A stretch of 61,641 nucleotides of DNA from a virus, in IMG/VR virus record IMGVR_UViG_3300045988_050566, one strand, 5' to 3'. How positions within the stretch are numbered: the first letter of the stretch is position 1; every line of letters begins with the position of its first letter. Below are positions 33,088 to 42,860 of this stretch, one piece after another. A program made the position numbers and the translations under genes. The notes under the pieces are model-generated. The model made no database searches. It was not told the origin of the DNA and saw only the letters and a list, made by a program, of their open reading frames with translations.

Positions 33088-33966
33088 CTATTCTATAAGT
33101 TTGGATTTGGTATGCGTGTGGCAGTACATACCGCCCGCGCCCTCTGTGCGGCCCGTGGAGGCCCTTTTGGGGTCTGGCGGTAATCCGTCTACCCCCGGCT
33201 TCAAAAGCCCACCGTAGGCCACGGAGAGGTCTGTCCTGCCCGTTCTGTCCTCCCCGACCGGGGCGGTGTCGAACTCTGAGATGGTTCTCCCGCCGTAACC
33301 GACGGTGAGGGCCATCCTGCTGGTTCTGTCCTCGCCCACAGGCGCGGTCTCGAACTCTGAAATCGCTCTCCCGCCAAAGCCGACGTAGAGCTTTCTCCGG
33401 CTCACCCTGTCCTCGCCTACGGGCGCGAGCGTGTAGTGCGCGCCCGTCGCCCCGCCGAAGTGGAAATCTATCCGCTGCCGGAACGTCCTCTGAATGTGGA
33501 CTTTCATATTCAGCGCGAGGTGCGCGGGTATGCGACGCAGCAGCGTGTCCCATAGGTTCATCTCGTCAAAGACCTCGCCCTCAATCGTGATGAACACCAC
33601 GCCCCGCTGGAAGTCCACCGCAACGGCCCTTTCCGTGTAGTTTGCGATGATGCCCCGTATCTCCGGCTCCCCGATGTGGCCGTACCCCGCGAGCCGCGCA
33701 ATGACGACGCGCTTCCTCTGGTCGAGCGTGAGCGGCCTCGTGTAGGTGATTTCCAGTATCTCCTCCCACACTCTGATCGTCTCCGCGTCCGCCGTGAGGA
33801 TAAAGTTGTTGAGGTACGTCTGCTCGATGTTGGCCTCCAAGCCGTCGGCCACCCGGCCAAACGCCTTGAGAATTTCCACCATCTCGAAAACTTCCCTGTA
33901 GTATCGGGGATAGTAGGTGATTAGCTCCTCAAAGTTGTTCTTGTAATACTTCTCGTACAGCTTCAC
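33088..33966 (-). CDS. XkdU-like baseplate/tail protein (DUF2313-like, 292 aa)
   Basis: Position after the baseplate-J-like gene. N-terminus MKLYEKYYKNNFEELITYYPRYYREVFEM is typical of the family as I remember it. C-terminus has three tandem VGEDR-type repeats. Confidence 0.6.
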   Translation of the reverse strand: MKLYEKYYKNNFEELITYYPRYYREVFEMVEILKAFGRVADGLEANIEQTYLNNFILTADAETIRVWEEILEITYTRPLTLDQRKRVVIARLAGYGHIGEPEIRGIIANYTERAVAVDFQRGVVFITIEGEVFDEMNLWDTLLRRIPAHLALNMKVHIQRTFRQRIDFHFGGATGAHYTLAPVGEDRVSRRKLYVGFGGRAISEFETAPVGEDRTSRMALTVGYGGRTISEFDTAPVGEDRTGRTDLSVAYGGLLKPGVDGLPPDPKRASTGRTEGAGGMYCHTHTKSKLIE

Positions 33967-35072
33967 TCAATCCTCACCTCCCCGAGGACGGGCACATCGT
34001 CCTCTCCGGGGATGATGTTCTGCGTGCCGCCGTTGAGCTTCAAGTCGGTGTAGTCTACGAGGCTTTTCAGCCCGCTTAAAATCGCGCCGATAGCCGACAC
34101 CCGCACGGTTATCACCGCCTCGTCGTCCGCCCCCAGCACCAGTTCCCGGAGGTATCTCTCGATGGCCTCCGCCGCGTCCTGCTGTACGGTCTCCTGCGTG
34201 GCACCGCTCGCCAGCTCCGCGCCGAACGTGACCTCGATTTCCAGCGCGGTCGCGCCTACCGCCGTGAAGTGCGCCCCAATGTTCGCCACCCCGTTCCCGA
34301 GGCCGTCCCCGATGGTGTAGGTCTTGCCGTCCACCGTGGCCGTCATGCCCTTGTCCGCCGGGTCGATATAGTTCTGCACTTCCAGCACCTTTGCCTCGCT
34401 GCACGGCTTGCCCGTCGTGTCAATCAGCACCGCCTTGACCGTGTTCTCGCCCAGCCATAGCGGGAAAATCCGCGCCCGGCCTACGCCGTCGATGCTCTCG
34501 CACCATGTCTTGTAGTGCTGCTTGTTCCCGTTCTCTGCCGGGCCTGCAATCTTCTCAATCACGCGGTTGCGGAGGCTCTCGTCGTCCTCGTCATCGCTGC
34601 CATTCTCGTAGATGGCTCCGAACGTGGCCGAAATCAGCCCCTCGATGTTGTTCACTGGCACCGCCGGGGTGCCCTCGTAGATGTCGTTGCCGTCCTCCCC
34701 GGCGGCCTCCGCCTCAAAATAGAGGAGGCCCGTCTCCGCCTCCTGCCGGAGTACGAAGTAGGCCCCGTCGTAATAGAAGCGTTCGCCCGGCTCCGGGGTA
34801 ACGCCCTCGAACTCTGCGCGGTATTTGGCCCGCGTCGCTGCCAGCCGCGTGATGCCGTACTCTCCGGCCTTTGCGTCCAGCGCGTCCCCCGTGGTCGTCG
34901 TCAGCCTCGAAAGCTCCACTACGAGGTCGAGGTCGGTGTAGAGCTTTGCGACCTTTATCAGCACACCCGAAACAGCGTCGTAGAAGATGCTGCCCTGCCG
35001 GGTGTCAATCCCCTCCGGCGCGTTGTTCAGCACGTCCTCCAACAGCCGCTCGTATGTGTAGTCCTCAAACAC
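33963..35072 (-). CDS. baseplate J-like protein (XkdT-like, 369 aa, GTG start)
   Basis: Size and position; N-terminal FEDYTYERLLEDVLNNAPEGIDTRQGSIFYDA pattern. Confidence 0.7.
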   Translation of the reverse strand: MFEDYTYERLLEDVLNNAPEGIDTRQGSIFYDAVSGVLIKVAKLYTDLDLVVELSRLTTTTGDALDAKAGEYGITRLAATRAKYRAEFEGVTPEPGERFYYDGAYFVLRQEAETGLLYFEAEAAGEDGNDIYEGTPAVPVNNIEGLISATFGAIYENGSDDEDDESLRNRVIEKIAGPAENGNKQHYKTWCESIDGVGRARIFPLWLGENTVKAVLIDTTGKPCSEAKVLEVQNYIDPADKGMTATVDGKTYTIGDGLGNGVANIGAHFTAVGATALEIEVTFGAELASGATQETVQQDAAEAIERYLRELVLGADDEAVITVRVSAIGAILSGLKSLVDYTDLKLNGGTQNIIPGEDDVPVLGEVRIE

Positions 35073-35073
35073 T

Positions 35074-35481
35074 CTAAATCACCTCCTCTACCTCTGTTTC
35101 TCCAAAAATCGTGTCCGCCCGAAAAGAAATACGCGCACAGTCCTCCTCGAATTCAATCTTGAAGTCGTAGACGGACAAAATGCGCGTATCTGGCGCGAGC
35201 GCGTCTTTCACAAAGCCCTCCGTAGCGGCCTCGATGTAGTCCCGTGTTGCGTCCTTTGCTATAATCGCGTCCTCAATCTCGCTCCCGTACTGGTGGTCGT
35301 AAATGAGGCACTTGAATCGCGGCGTGATGATGGCCTTTCTGATCGCTTGGTTTACCGCCGTCAGTCCGTCCACCTTTCCAACAATCCTCCCGTTGTCGAG
35401 GTCGAGCCTGTAGGTGCGGCTGGGCTTCTCCTCCGCCTCCTTGACGGTCTCGACCGGGATGGGGATAAACGTGTCCGGCAT
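35074..35481 (-). CDS. XkdS-like baseplate protein (135 aa)
   Basis: Size and synteny in a PBSX-like baseplate block. Confidence 0.55.
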   Translation of the reverse strand: MPDTFIPIPVETVKEAEEKPSRTYRLDLDNGRIVGKVDGLTAVNQAIRKAIITPRFKCLIYDHQYGSEIEDAIIAKDATRDYIEAATEGFVKDALAPDTRILSVYDFKIEFEEDCARISFRADTIFGETEVEEVI

Positions 35482-35482
35482 A

Positions 35483-35863
35483 TCAGCTCACCCTATCCAG
35501 CACGAAGTATTGCTTCCCCTTGTTGAAAGCCAAAACGTGTACTTTCTCCCCCACCTTGAGCGCGTTGTGTACCGTGATGGCCTTGCGCCCCTCGATGGCG
35601 TGGCTGTGGGAGGCGAAAGATGCGTCGCCGCTGCCGCCGCTCTCGCTCTCCGTCCGCCAGTGTACCGTTACCTCCGTGCTGTAGTCTGTCAAGTGCCAAG
35701 GCACAATGGTAATGTTCTGCCCGATAATCAGCTTTTCGTCGTTGACGATTTGGATTTTCAGCGGGCTTGTGGACTTCACAATCCCCTGCAAAACCTCCGC
35801 CCCGTTCCCGACCATTCCCTGAAATAGCTGCTTGATACTGGTTTTCTCGGTTTCCTCTGCCAT
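35483..35863 (-). CDS. XkdR-like baseplate protein (126 aa)
   Basis: Size and synteny. Confidence 0.55.
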   Translation of the reverse strand: MAEETEKTSIKQLFQGMVGNGAEVLQGIVKSTSPLKIQIVNDEKLIIGQNITIVPWHLTDYSTEVTVHWRTESESGGSGDASFASHSHAIEGRKAITVHNALKVGEKVHVLAFNKGKQYFVLDRVS

Positions 35864-35877
35864 ATCCGCACCTCCCT

Positions 35878-37095
35878 CTAACTAAAAGTACCGTCGTCTA
35901 CCCAGCCATATACCCTCGTGCTGCTGTCCGTGTGTATCAGGTGCCACGGGTGCTTTGCTCCCTTGGCAATCAGCGTGATTTTCGCCGGGCCTGCCGCGCA
36001 CTTGCTGCCCGTGGGGTTGCTGGCCGTGCTGCTCACGTAGTGGTAGCCGCCGTTGAATTGCACCACGTCGCCCACCTTGTAGTCCTTGCTGCTGTCCTCC
36101 GCGCCCTTTTCCTCCTTGGCGAGGTCGTTCGCGTAGTTCAGCTTGAGCGACATCGTGTGTTTGTTGTCCTCGAATGTGTGGGTGTCCTCGTCCACGTAGA
36201 ACGTCCGGGAAATCTCAAGCTCCGGGATGATGATATAAACGCCGATGCCGGAAATGACCTCGGCAATCCCCATCGCCTCCACTGTGAGCGTCCGCTCCGG
36301 CGTGCCCTTTTCCTCCATGATGCTCTCTATCAGGTCGTTCACCTGCGCCGTTGTGAGGCTTTCGTCCGGCTGGTCGATTTCTTGGAAAATGCCGATTTTC
36401 TTTTCCAGCTCGGCATTGCTCTTTTCGGCAACCGTCGTGCCCTCCTTGCTCACCATCTTCACCCGCGTCTTGATGTCCTCAATGCTGCGGCTGTAGGAGT
36501 AGGAGGTGATGTTCTGCCCCACCTCAATCACCCATTGCAGAATGTTCTCCCGCCGGGTGAGGAGGCTCAACTTACCCTTGCTGCTGGCGACGTAGTGCCG
36601 TATGCCCGTCGCGTCGAAGTCGAGGCTCAAAGCGTCTGCAATCGCGTCGAACGCGGTTGTCTTGCTCTTTGTCAGCTCCGGGATTTTATAGCTACAGCTC
36701 GCCACCTCTCCCATCGGGAGGCCGAAGCGGGTGCAGCAGTCCCGGAACACGTCGCTGGCCGTCTTGTTCTCGTAGCAGAACGTGTCCTTGTTGTTGGCGA
36801 GGTAAATCCCGTTGTCGTAGGCCGTGAATTGCAGCTTCTTTTGGTTGCTCTGCGTCTGCGACATGATAATGCCTCGGAACAGCTCCACCCCGTCATAGCT
36901 GAAAATGCACTGGTGCCCCTGCTCCACGTCAATCCCGCTCCGGGCGTGCTTGTACCCGTCGTCGTCAATCAGCGTGACCGCCAGCGTCCGGGAGGACGAG
37001 CCTTTCCGCCCTTTCCACTTCACTTGCTCGACGAGCTGGGTAACGTCGTATCCCTGTTCGCCCTTTAGAATAATCAGGCTCATTCCGTCTGCCAT
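35878..37095 (-). CDS. XkdQ-like tail/baseplate hub protein with C-terminal SH3-like domain (405 aa)
   Basis: Synteny. C-terminus YKVGDVVQFNGGYHYVSS...KHPWHLIHTDSSTRVYGWV resembles the SH3-like module of the endolysin. Confidence 0.6.
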   Translation of the reverse strand: MADGMSLIILKGEQGYDVTQLVEQVKWKGRKGSSSRTLAVTLIDDDGYKHARSGIDVEQGHQCIFSYDGVELFRGIIMSQTQSNQKKLQFTAYDNGIYLANNKDTFCYENKTASDVFRDCCTRFGLPMGEVASCSYKIPELTKSKTTAFDAIADALSLDFDATGIRHYVASSKGKLSLLTRRENILQWVIEVGQNITSYSYSRSIEDIKTRVKMVSKEGTTVAEKSNAELEKKIGIFQEIDQPDESLTTAQVNDLIESIMEEKGTPERTLTVEAMGIAEVISGIGVYIIIPELEISRTFYVDEDTHTFEDNKHTMSLKLNYANDLAKEEKGAEDSSKDYKVGDVVQFNGGYHYVSSTASNPTGSKCAAGPAKITLIAKGAKHPWHLIHTDSSTRVYGWVDDGTFS

Positions 37096-37107
37096 TGTCT
37101 CGCCTCC

Positions 37108-37767
37108 TCAAGGTAGTGTTAAAACCTGTCCGGGGTAAATCAGGTTCGGGTTGCCCCCGATTGTCCCCTTGTTCGCGTTGTAGATTTTCGTGTAGTCCGA
37201 GCCGCTGCCGTAGAACTGCTTTGCAATGTTCCACAGGCAGTCGCCGCTTTTGACGGTGTAGGTTTTCGGCTGCACGCTGTTGTCCACCCGCGCCTCCTCT
37301 TTCTCCACGGTGGCCTCCTTGCTGGGAATGTCCACCTTGACCTGCCGGACGGTAATCTCCCGGTACTCTTTCAGTGTGATGTCGTACTGGTACGTGCCGG
37401 GGTCTCCGCCCTCCTCGCTGTAGTTGAATTTCTCAATCGCACAGTAGAGGTCTACCCCACAGGCCGTCGCAATGAAGTGTACGGGCTTCTTGCTCGCTTT
37501 CCACGTGTTGATTTTCTGCACCAGTTCCAGCGGCTTTGTGATGCTGCTGACCTGCAATCCGGGGAAGCGCGCCGCCGGGAAAAAGCTCGAAAAGCTAAAT
37601 TGCAGGGCCGGGCGGCTCTGCATGATGATGATTTCGCCCAGCCCTGTAATGTCCATGCTGTCGTTGCTGCTCCCGTTGTTGGTCTTGAACGTCTCCGGGA
37701 GGACGGGGAGCTGTATTTTCTCTTTCTCTGCGTTGTACGTCAGCCACATTTGGTACTTAATACTCAT
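37108..37767 (-). CDS. XkdP-like tail protein with C-terminal LysM (219 aa)
   Basis: YTVKSGDCLWNIAKQFYGSGSDYTKIYNANKGTIGGNPNLIYPGQVLTLP. Confidence 0.75.
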   Translation of the reverse strand: MSIKYQMWLTYNAEKEKIQLPVLPETFKTNNGSSNDSMDITGLGEIIIMQSRPALQFSFSSFFPAARFPGLQVSSITKPLELVQKINTWKASKKPVHFIATACGVDLYCAIEKFNYSEEGGDPGTYQYDITLKEYREITVRQVKVDIPSKEATVEKEEARVDNSVQPKTYTVKSGDCLWNIAKQFYGSGSDYTKIYNANKGTIGGNPNLIYPGQVLTLP

Positions 37768-40700
37768 ACGACATATCCCCCTCCTCGTAGATTTCGCTCT
37801 GGATAATGCTCATTAGGATAGGCTTGAGGTTTTCCCACATGATTTGCAGCACCGTCTCCCGGTCGGCTCCGTTGCCGCTCACCTCAATCGCGCCGCTGCC
37901 TGCGATTTCCAGCAGTATGCGCTTCACCTGCTCCTGTGCTGTCTCCCTGCCGCTCGAGGTCTCGCTGCCTCCGCCACTGGTGAATACCTGTAGCGGCTGC
38001 CGCTTCTCGTTCAGCGCGGCAATCAGCCTGTCGGTCTCCTGTGTCGGGAACACGGTGCTGCCCTGCTCTCCGACGATAAGCTCCGGCCCGTTCTCTCCGG
38101 CGATAAAGTAGTCCGTGCTGTCGGTCGTGCCGCTGGCGTAGGCCGCCGCTGGCCGGGCGACAAGCTCCGGCCCCTGCTCGCCCGCGAGGAAAACGCTCTC
38201 CGCGTTCGTGGTGCCCTTTGCGTGGCCCGCGACGCTGCCGCTGGAAGTCACGTTCACATGGATGGTGGCGTTGGCCGAGGACAGGGCAGACGTGACCGCG
38301 CTGGCAACCTCCCGCGCCGCCGACACCGCGCCGTTCTTTCCAGCCCGGATTTGGTTCGCGTAGGAGTTGATGGTCGAGCTGGCTGCTGCGCTGGCCTCCT
38401 CGCTCAAGTCCATGCCATTGATGGTGTCCTGCATCTCCTGCTCAATGGCGTTCATCTGCGCCGTGAAATCCGTCTGCCAGTCCGCCACGGCTGCCGCTGC
38501 GGTCTCCTTTGCGGCCTGCACCTGCCCGACAGTCTCGGCAAGGGCCGCCACCGCCTCGGTGTTGCCGCTGTTGATGGCCTCCGCCATGCTCGCGGCAAGC
38601 CCTGCGGCCTCCTCGCTGCCGGACTGTGCGTAGGCCATCAAAGCCTCGTAGTTCTCTTGGGTAACGCCCAAGTCCTCCGCCGAGGTGTTTTTCAGCGTCT
38701 CGACGTTGGCACTGTAGCTCTCCCAATAGGCGAGCTGGCTGTCGAGGGCGGCCTGCGCGTTCGCCACGGTCGCGTCCATGTCGGCCTCTGCCTCGTCGAA
38801 TAGCCCGAACTGGCCCTCGAAGCTCTCAAGGGCCGCTTGGTACGCCTCGTCGTAGGCCGCGCACAGCTCCTCTACCTTGGCCCGGACGTTCTCGTAGGCG
38901 ATAGAGACCGCTTCCTCGTAGGAGGACGGGCTTTCCGCCGCTTCCTCCGCCGCCTCTGCGACCCCGGCCCAGTCGTCCTCAATCCCCTGTAGGGCCGCTT
39001 GGTTCTCGGCGTAGGCTGCGTTCAGCTCGTCCAGCGCGGCTTGGTAAGCCTCAAGGTCGTCCCATTCGCCGCCCGTCCAAAAGTGATCCCAGCCGCTCAT
39101 GTTGTCCATGCGCTCTTGTTCGAGCCGCACGTTCTCCTCGGCCTTGGCAATCTCCTCCTCGAGGTTTGCCTGCTCCTTTAGGAGGTCAACATACGCCTGC
39201 TTCTGCTCTGCCTGCCGCTCCTGCTCCGCTTGAGCCTCCGCTGCCTGCTTCATGGCCTCGATGCTCTTTTCGGTGCTGCTCGCCACGTCGTCGTAGGAGA
39301 GTGCCAGCTCGGGCAGGTCTGTGTTAAGCTGGTCTATGACAGCTTTCATCTGCTCCTCTTGAGCTGCCGTCCTGTTGGTGGTAGAGGCCAAGTCCTCGAG
39401 CTTCTGAATGAGGGAAAGTGTGCCGACCTCGTTCTGGTCGATGGTCGCCATACCCTCCTCGTAGCTGGAAATCAGCTCGTCATGGCTCTGCACCAGTGCG
39501 TCCACCTCTGCGGTGAACTCCTCCACCGTCTGCTTGTTCGCCTCGTAGGAGGCCGTCAGGTCGTCCACCTGATACTTGAGCCGCAGGGCCTCCTCCGAGG
39601 TCTCCCCGTACTTCTCGCAGGCCTCCTCGTATTCCGCGTTGAGGTCTTGCAGCTCGTAATACTGCTCGCGGGTGGTCGCCGTCAGGCCCTCCACCTCGCC
39701 CAAGTCCTCTTGGAAAGCGTCAACGAGGAACAGGGCCGCCGCCGTGACCGCTGCGATGGCTGCCGCAATCGCGGTGATAGGCCAAATGGCCGCCGATAGC
39801 GTCGTCCCGAATAGCGCGGTCGCCGCCGTCGCTACCGCCGTTCCTGCGGCGTACAGCGCGAATCCGGCCACCACCACGCCGAGGCCCACGCCAATGGCGG
39901 TAATGGCCTTTGTGACGGCGGGGTGTTCCTGTAGGAACTCGCCCACGCCCTGCACGAAGCCCGCGAGGGCCGACGAGCCAGCCGACACCGCCGGGGTGAT
40001 CGCGGCCCCGAACGCCGCCTTGATGGAGTTGCCTGCGGCCTGCCATTCGTCCCCCATCGACTGCGCGCCCTCCGCGAGGGTTCCAACCGCGTCGTACATA
40101 TCCAGCGTTCCGCCCTCGATGCCCGAAAGCACCGGGAGGACGGTCGCCTCCAAGTCCTCGTACTGGGTGCCGAACAGCCCCACCGCCGCCGCGTTCTTTG
40201 CCATCGGGTCGTCCATGCTTTCCAGCGCGTTCACGACCTCGAAAAACGCTGTGCGGGCTGTGTCGCCGCCTGCGGCGAACTTCTCCGACATCACATCGGC
40301 GTTCATCCCCAGCAGCTCAAATGCCTCTGCCGTGGTGTCGCTGCCGTCCTTGGCCCGGATATTGAACTCCTTGACCGCGTCGCCAACCTTGTCCACGCTG
40401 AACACGCCCGCCTCTGCGCCGTCCACGAGGCTCGAGACGAACTCCTCCGCCGACAGGCCAAGGGCGGAATACTGCGCCGAATACTCATTCAGCACGTCCA
40501 GCAGGTCGCCGTTCTTGTCCGCGCCGTTCTGCGCGCCAATGGCAATCAGGTTGTAGGCCTCCTGCGCCGACACGCCGAAGTTTTTCATCAGCGCGCCCGC
40601 CGTCCGCGAGCTTTCCGATACCTCGTACCCGAGGACGTTGTTCAGCACGAGGGCCGCGTCCGTGGCCTCCTCGAGCGCGTCCCCGGTCAGCCCGGTCGCC

Positions 40701-41716
40701 GTCTTTACGTTCATCATGCCTGCGGCTACCTCGTTCAGGTTCTCCGCGCTGGAAGATGCGTAAACATCAAGGGAGTTGGACATCAGCTCGTCCAGCTCCC
40801 TACCCGTTGCGCCCGTCGCGCCTACTATCGTCTTTTCCGCTTCGGAGAAGCTGCCCGCCAGCTCATAGACCGCCCCGGCGATCTCCATAACCTTTGCGGT
40901 AATGCCCGCCGCCGCGAGTGCGCCCGCGACCGCGCCTATCGCGTCGGTGCCCTTGTTCCCGGCTCCCTCGGCTTCCTCTGCGGCCTGTTCCGAGGCGTTG
41001 GAAAGTTCCTCCGTCGCCTCGCTCGCCCTGCCGTTGGCCTCTGCAAGGTTCTCCGCCGCGTGCCCGGCTCGCTCTGCTGCCGCCTCAAGCTGGTTGAGGT
41101 CGCTCGTCCCGGAGGCCATCGTCTGGTTGTAGGCCTCCAAAGCCTCGTCCGCCTCCTGCTGGGCCTTTTCCAGCTCCCGCATGGCCTCCGCTGCCTCTGT
41201 GCTTGCCTTGGCGAGGGCCTGCTTGGTCTCTGCCGAAACGTCCTCATTATCCGCGAGCCTGTCGGCGGTCTGCGCCGCCTCGTCCATCGCCGCGCTCAAG
41301 TCCTGCTGGATTTGAGCCGTCGCGTCCATGCTCCGGCCCAGCTCGCTTGCCGACTGCTCGCAAAGTTCCAGCATTCGGTTCTGTTCCTCAAGGGCATCGG
41401 CCGATTTCAGCCCCATCTCCACCAGTTCCTCGGTGGAGTACGTGGCCTCAAGCAGCTCCCTGCTGTAGTTCCCTACCGCGTCCGTCCAGTAGTCGGCCTG
41501 CCCCATCGCGGCTTGCAGGTTGTCAATGGAGGTGGCAATGCCGTCCACGGAAGATACCGCTGTCGAAACACCTCCCGCAATCCCCTCAAGGGCGGCATTG
41601 GCTGCGTCCCCGGCGCGCTCCCATTGCTCCGTCATGCTCTGGCCCTTTTCGGCCATGCTGCCGAGCTTGTCGCTCATTTCATCCACGAGCTTAAATCTCG
41701 CCAGTAAATCAGCCAT
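37757..41716 (-). CDS. tail tape-measure protein (1319 aa)
   Basis: Very long Ala/Glu-rich helical protein with a central hydrophobic block (ITAIGVGLGVVVAGFALYAAGTAVATAATALFG), located upstream (5', minus-strand transcription order) of the baseplate genes. Confidence 0.9.
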   Translation of the reverse strand: MADLLARFKLVDEMSDKLGSMAEKGQSMTEQWERAGDAANAALEGIAGGVSTAVSSVDGIATSIDNLQAAMGQADYWTDAVGNYSRELLEATYSTEELVEMGLKSADALEEQNRMLELCEQSASELGRSMDATAQIQQDLSAAMDEAAQTADRLADNEDVSAETKQALAKASTEAAEAMRELEKAQQEADEALEAYNQTMASGTSDLNQLEAAAERAGHAAENLAEANGRASEATEELSNASEQAAEEAEGAGNKGTDAIGAVAGALAAAGITAKVMEIAGAVYELAGSFSEAEKTIVGATGATGRELDELMSNSLDVYASSSAENLNEVAAGMMNVKTATGLTGDALEEATDAALVLNNVLGYEVSESSRTAGALMKNFGVSAQEAYNLIAIGAQNGADKNGDLLDVLNEYSAQYSALGLSAEEFVSSLVDGAEAGVFSVDKVGDAVKEFNIRAKDGSDTTAEAFELLGMNADVMSEKFAAGGDTARTAFFEVVNALESMDDPMAKNAAAVGLFGTQYEDLEATVLPVLSGIEGGTLDMYDAVGTLAEGAQSMGDEWQAAGNSIKAAFGAAITPAVSAGSSALAGFVQGVGEFLQEHPAVTKAITAIGVGLGVVVAGFALYAAGTAVATAATALFGTTLSAAIWPITAIAAAIAAVTAAALFLVDAFQEDLGEVEGLTATTREQYYELQDLNAEYEEACEKYGETSEEALRLKYQVDDLTASYEANKQTVEEFTAEVDALVQSHDELISSYEEGMATIDQNEVGTLSLIQKLEDLASTTNRTAAQEEQMKAVIDQLNTDLPELALSYDDVASSTEKSIEAMKQAAEAQAEQERQAEQKQAYVDLLKEQANLEEEIAKAEENVRLEQERMDNMSGWDHFWTGGEWDDLEAYQAALDELNAAYAENQAALQGIEDDWAGVAEAAEEAAESPSSYEEAVSIAYENVRAKVEELCAAYDEAYQAALESFEGQFGLFDEAEADMDATVANAQAALDSQLAYWESYSANVETLKNTSAEDLGVTQENYEALMAYAQSGSEEAAGLAASMAEAINSGNTEAVAALAETVGQVQAAKETAAAAVADWQTDFTAQMNAIEQEMQDTINGMDLSEEASAAASSTINSYANQIRAGKNGAVSAAREVASAVTSALSSANATIHVNVTSSGSVAGHAKGTTNAESVFLAGEQGPELVARPAAAYASGTTDSTDYFIAGENGPELIVGEQGSTVFPTQETDRLIAALNEKRQPLQVFTSGGGSETSSGRETAQEQVKRILLEIAGSGAIEVSGNGADRETVLQIMWENLKPILMSIIQSEIYEEGDMSYEY

Positions 41717-41754
41717 TTCCTCGCCTCCTCTCTGCTTTTGGGTATGAAAAAGGG

Positions 41755-41785
41755 CCTCGCATCTTCTGCGAAGCCCTTATAGCTC
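41755..41785 (-). terminator. rho-independent terminator closing the inserted cassette, 38 nt upstream of the tape-measure start
   Basis: Minus strand: GGGCTTCGC-agaagat-GCGAGGCCC followed by TTTTT. Confidence 0.7.
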
Positions 41786-41828
41786 TCGTAATTATGTTTT
41801 CCGGGGTGTTTTCTCTCCGAAAATCCCC

Positions 41829-42362
41829 TTAAAGGTCGATTTTCTCCCGTTTGGGTCTGTATGTCTTTTGGAAATCCTTTGCTACCTTGGACGGGAACAG
41901 CCCGCCCGCCGAAGCGTCGAGCTTCACGCTCTTTTTCTGCCCCTCGCTGGTGTACGAGATTATCAGGTACGTGTCGATGGCCGCCAGCGCGCCGACTGCC
42001 GCGCCCGTTCCTCCGGCCACGTACTTCCCGGAGGCGGCCCCGGCGAACGCCTTGCGCCCGCTGTCGTCCCCCAGCACCAAGTCAATGCCCGTGACCTTTT
42101 CCCTCGCTATGTTGATTTCCTGCCCGTCTTTCTTGAATGTGATTTTCTCCGGGCCGTAGAACATCTCCACCGTAAGGCCCTTTGCCAGCGGTAGGCCGCT
42201 GACGTGCTTGAGCGTCCCGCTCATGGTTGCTCCCAGCCGGGTCGCCGTGGCCTCTTTTGCTCTCTTGGCTCGCTTGGATTTCTTGTGCCCTCGGTAGCTG
42301 ATGTAGGCAAGCCCGCCGCAAAACAAGATGATAATGGCGGCTGCCAGAATGTAGTCTCCCAT
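41829..42362 (-). CDS. membrane-anchored hypothetical protein (177 aa), cassette gene 3
   Basis: N-terminal TM ILAAAIIILFCGGLAYISY followed by a basic stretch and a soluble domain. Confidence 0.65.
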   Translation of the reverse strand: MGDYILAAAIIILFCGGLAYISYRGHKKSKRAKRAKEATATRLGATMSGTLKHVSGLPLAKGLTVEMFYGPEKITFKKDGQEINIAREKVTGIDLVLGDDSGRKAFAGAASGKYVAGGTGAAVGALAAIDTYLIISYTSEGQKKSVKLDASAGGLFPSKVAKDFQKTYRPKREKIDL

Positions 42363-42392
42363 CTCTGCTCCTCCTGTCCGTGGCCGTTCTGC

Positions 42393-42842
42393 CTACTCCG
42401 TAATCTCGATAATGGGCTTTTCAATCGTCGCCCGCTGGTGCCATGCCACCGTGCTTTTCCCCCAGTCTATCACGAAGCCTTTCAGCCCCGGCGGTGGCGG
42501 CTCCTCTCGAAGCTCCAAGTATTCGCCCTCCGCCTCGACCTCGCTCCTGTTCGGGTAGCTGGCCGGGACATGGCCTGCGCGGGTGGGAAAACGGTTCGCA
42601 ATGTAGTAGAGCGCATAGAAGCGGGCCGCCGTCGGCGGCTCCCCGATGAAAACCATCAGGTAGTCCCTGTTCTCTGCAAAGCCCGTCTTTTGCATTCCCG
42701 TGTATTCTTTCAGGAATCCAGCCTGCTGCGCTCTTTGAAAGCGATGCTCCGGGTCTTTGCCTGTGTCCGTATGGCGTATGAGTTCAACGTCCTCCGGGTT
42801 TATTCTTTTGGCCCTTAAAACATCGCTCACATACTCATACAT
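42393..42842 (-). CDS. hypothetical protein (149 aa), cassette gene 2
   Basis: ORF track. The FVIDWGKSTVAWHQ motif is not confidently assignable. Confidence 0.65.
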   Translation of the reverse strand: MYEYVSDVLRAKRINPEDVELIRHTDTGKDPEHRFQRAQQAGFLKEYTGMQKTGFAENRDYLMVFIGEPPTAARFYALYYIANRFPTRAGHVPASYPNRSEVEAEGEYLELREEPPPPGLKGFVIDWGKSTVAWHQRATIEKPIIEITE

Positions 42843-42860
42843 CGCAAAGCCCTCCGCCCG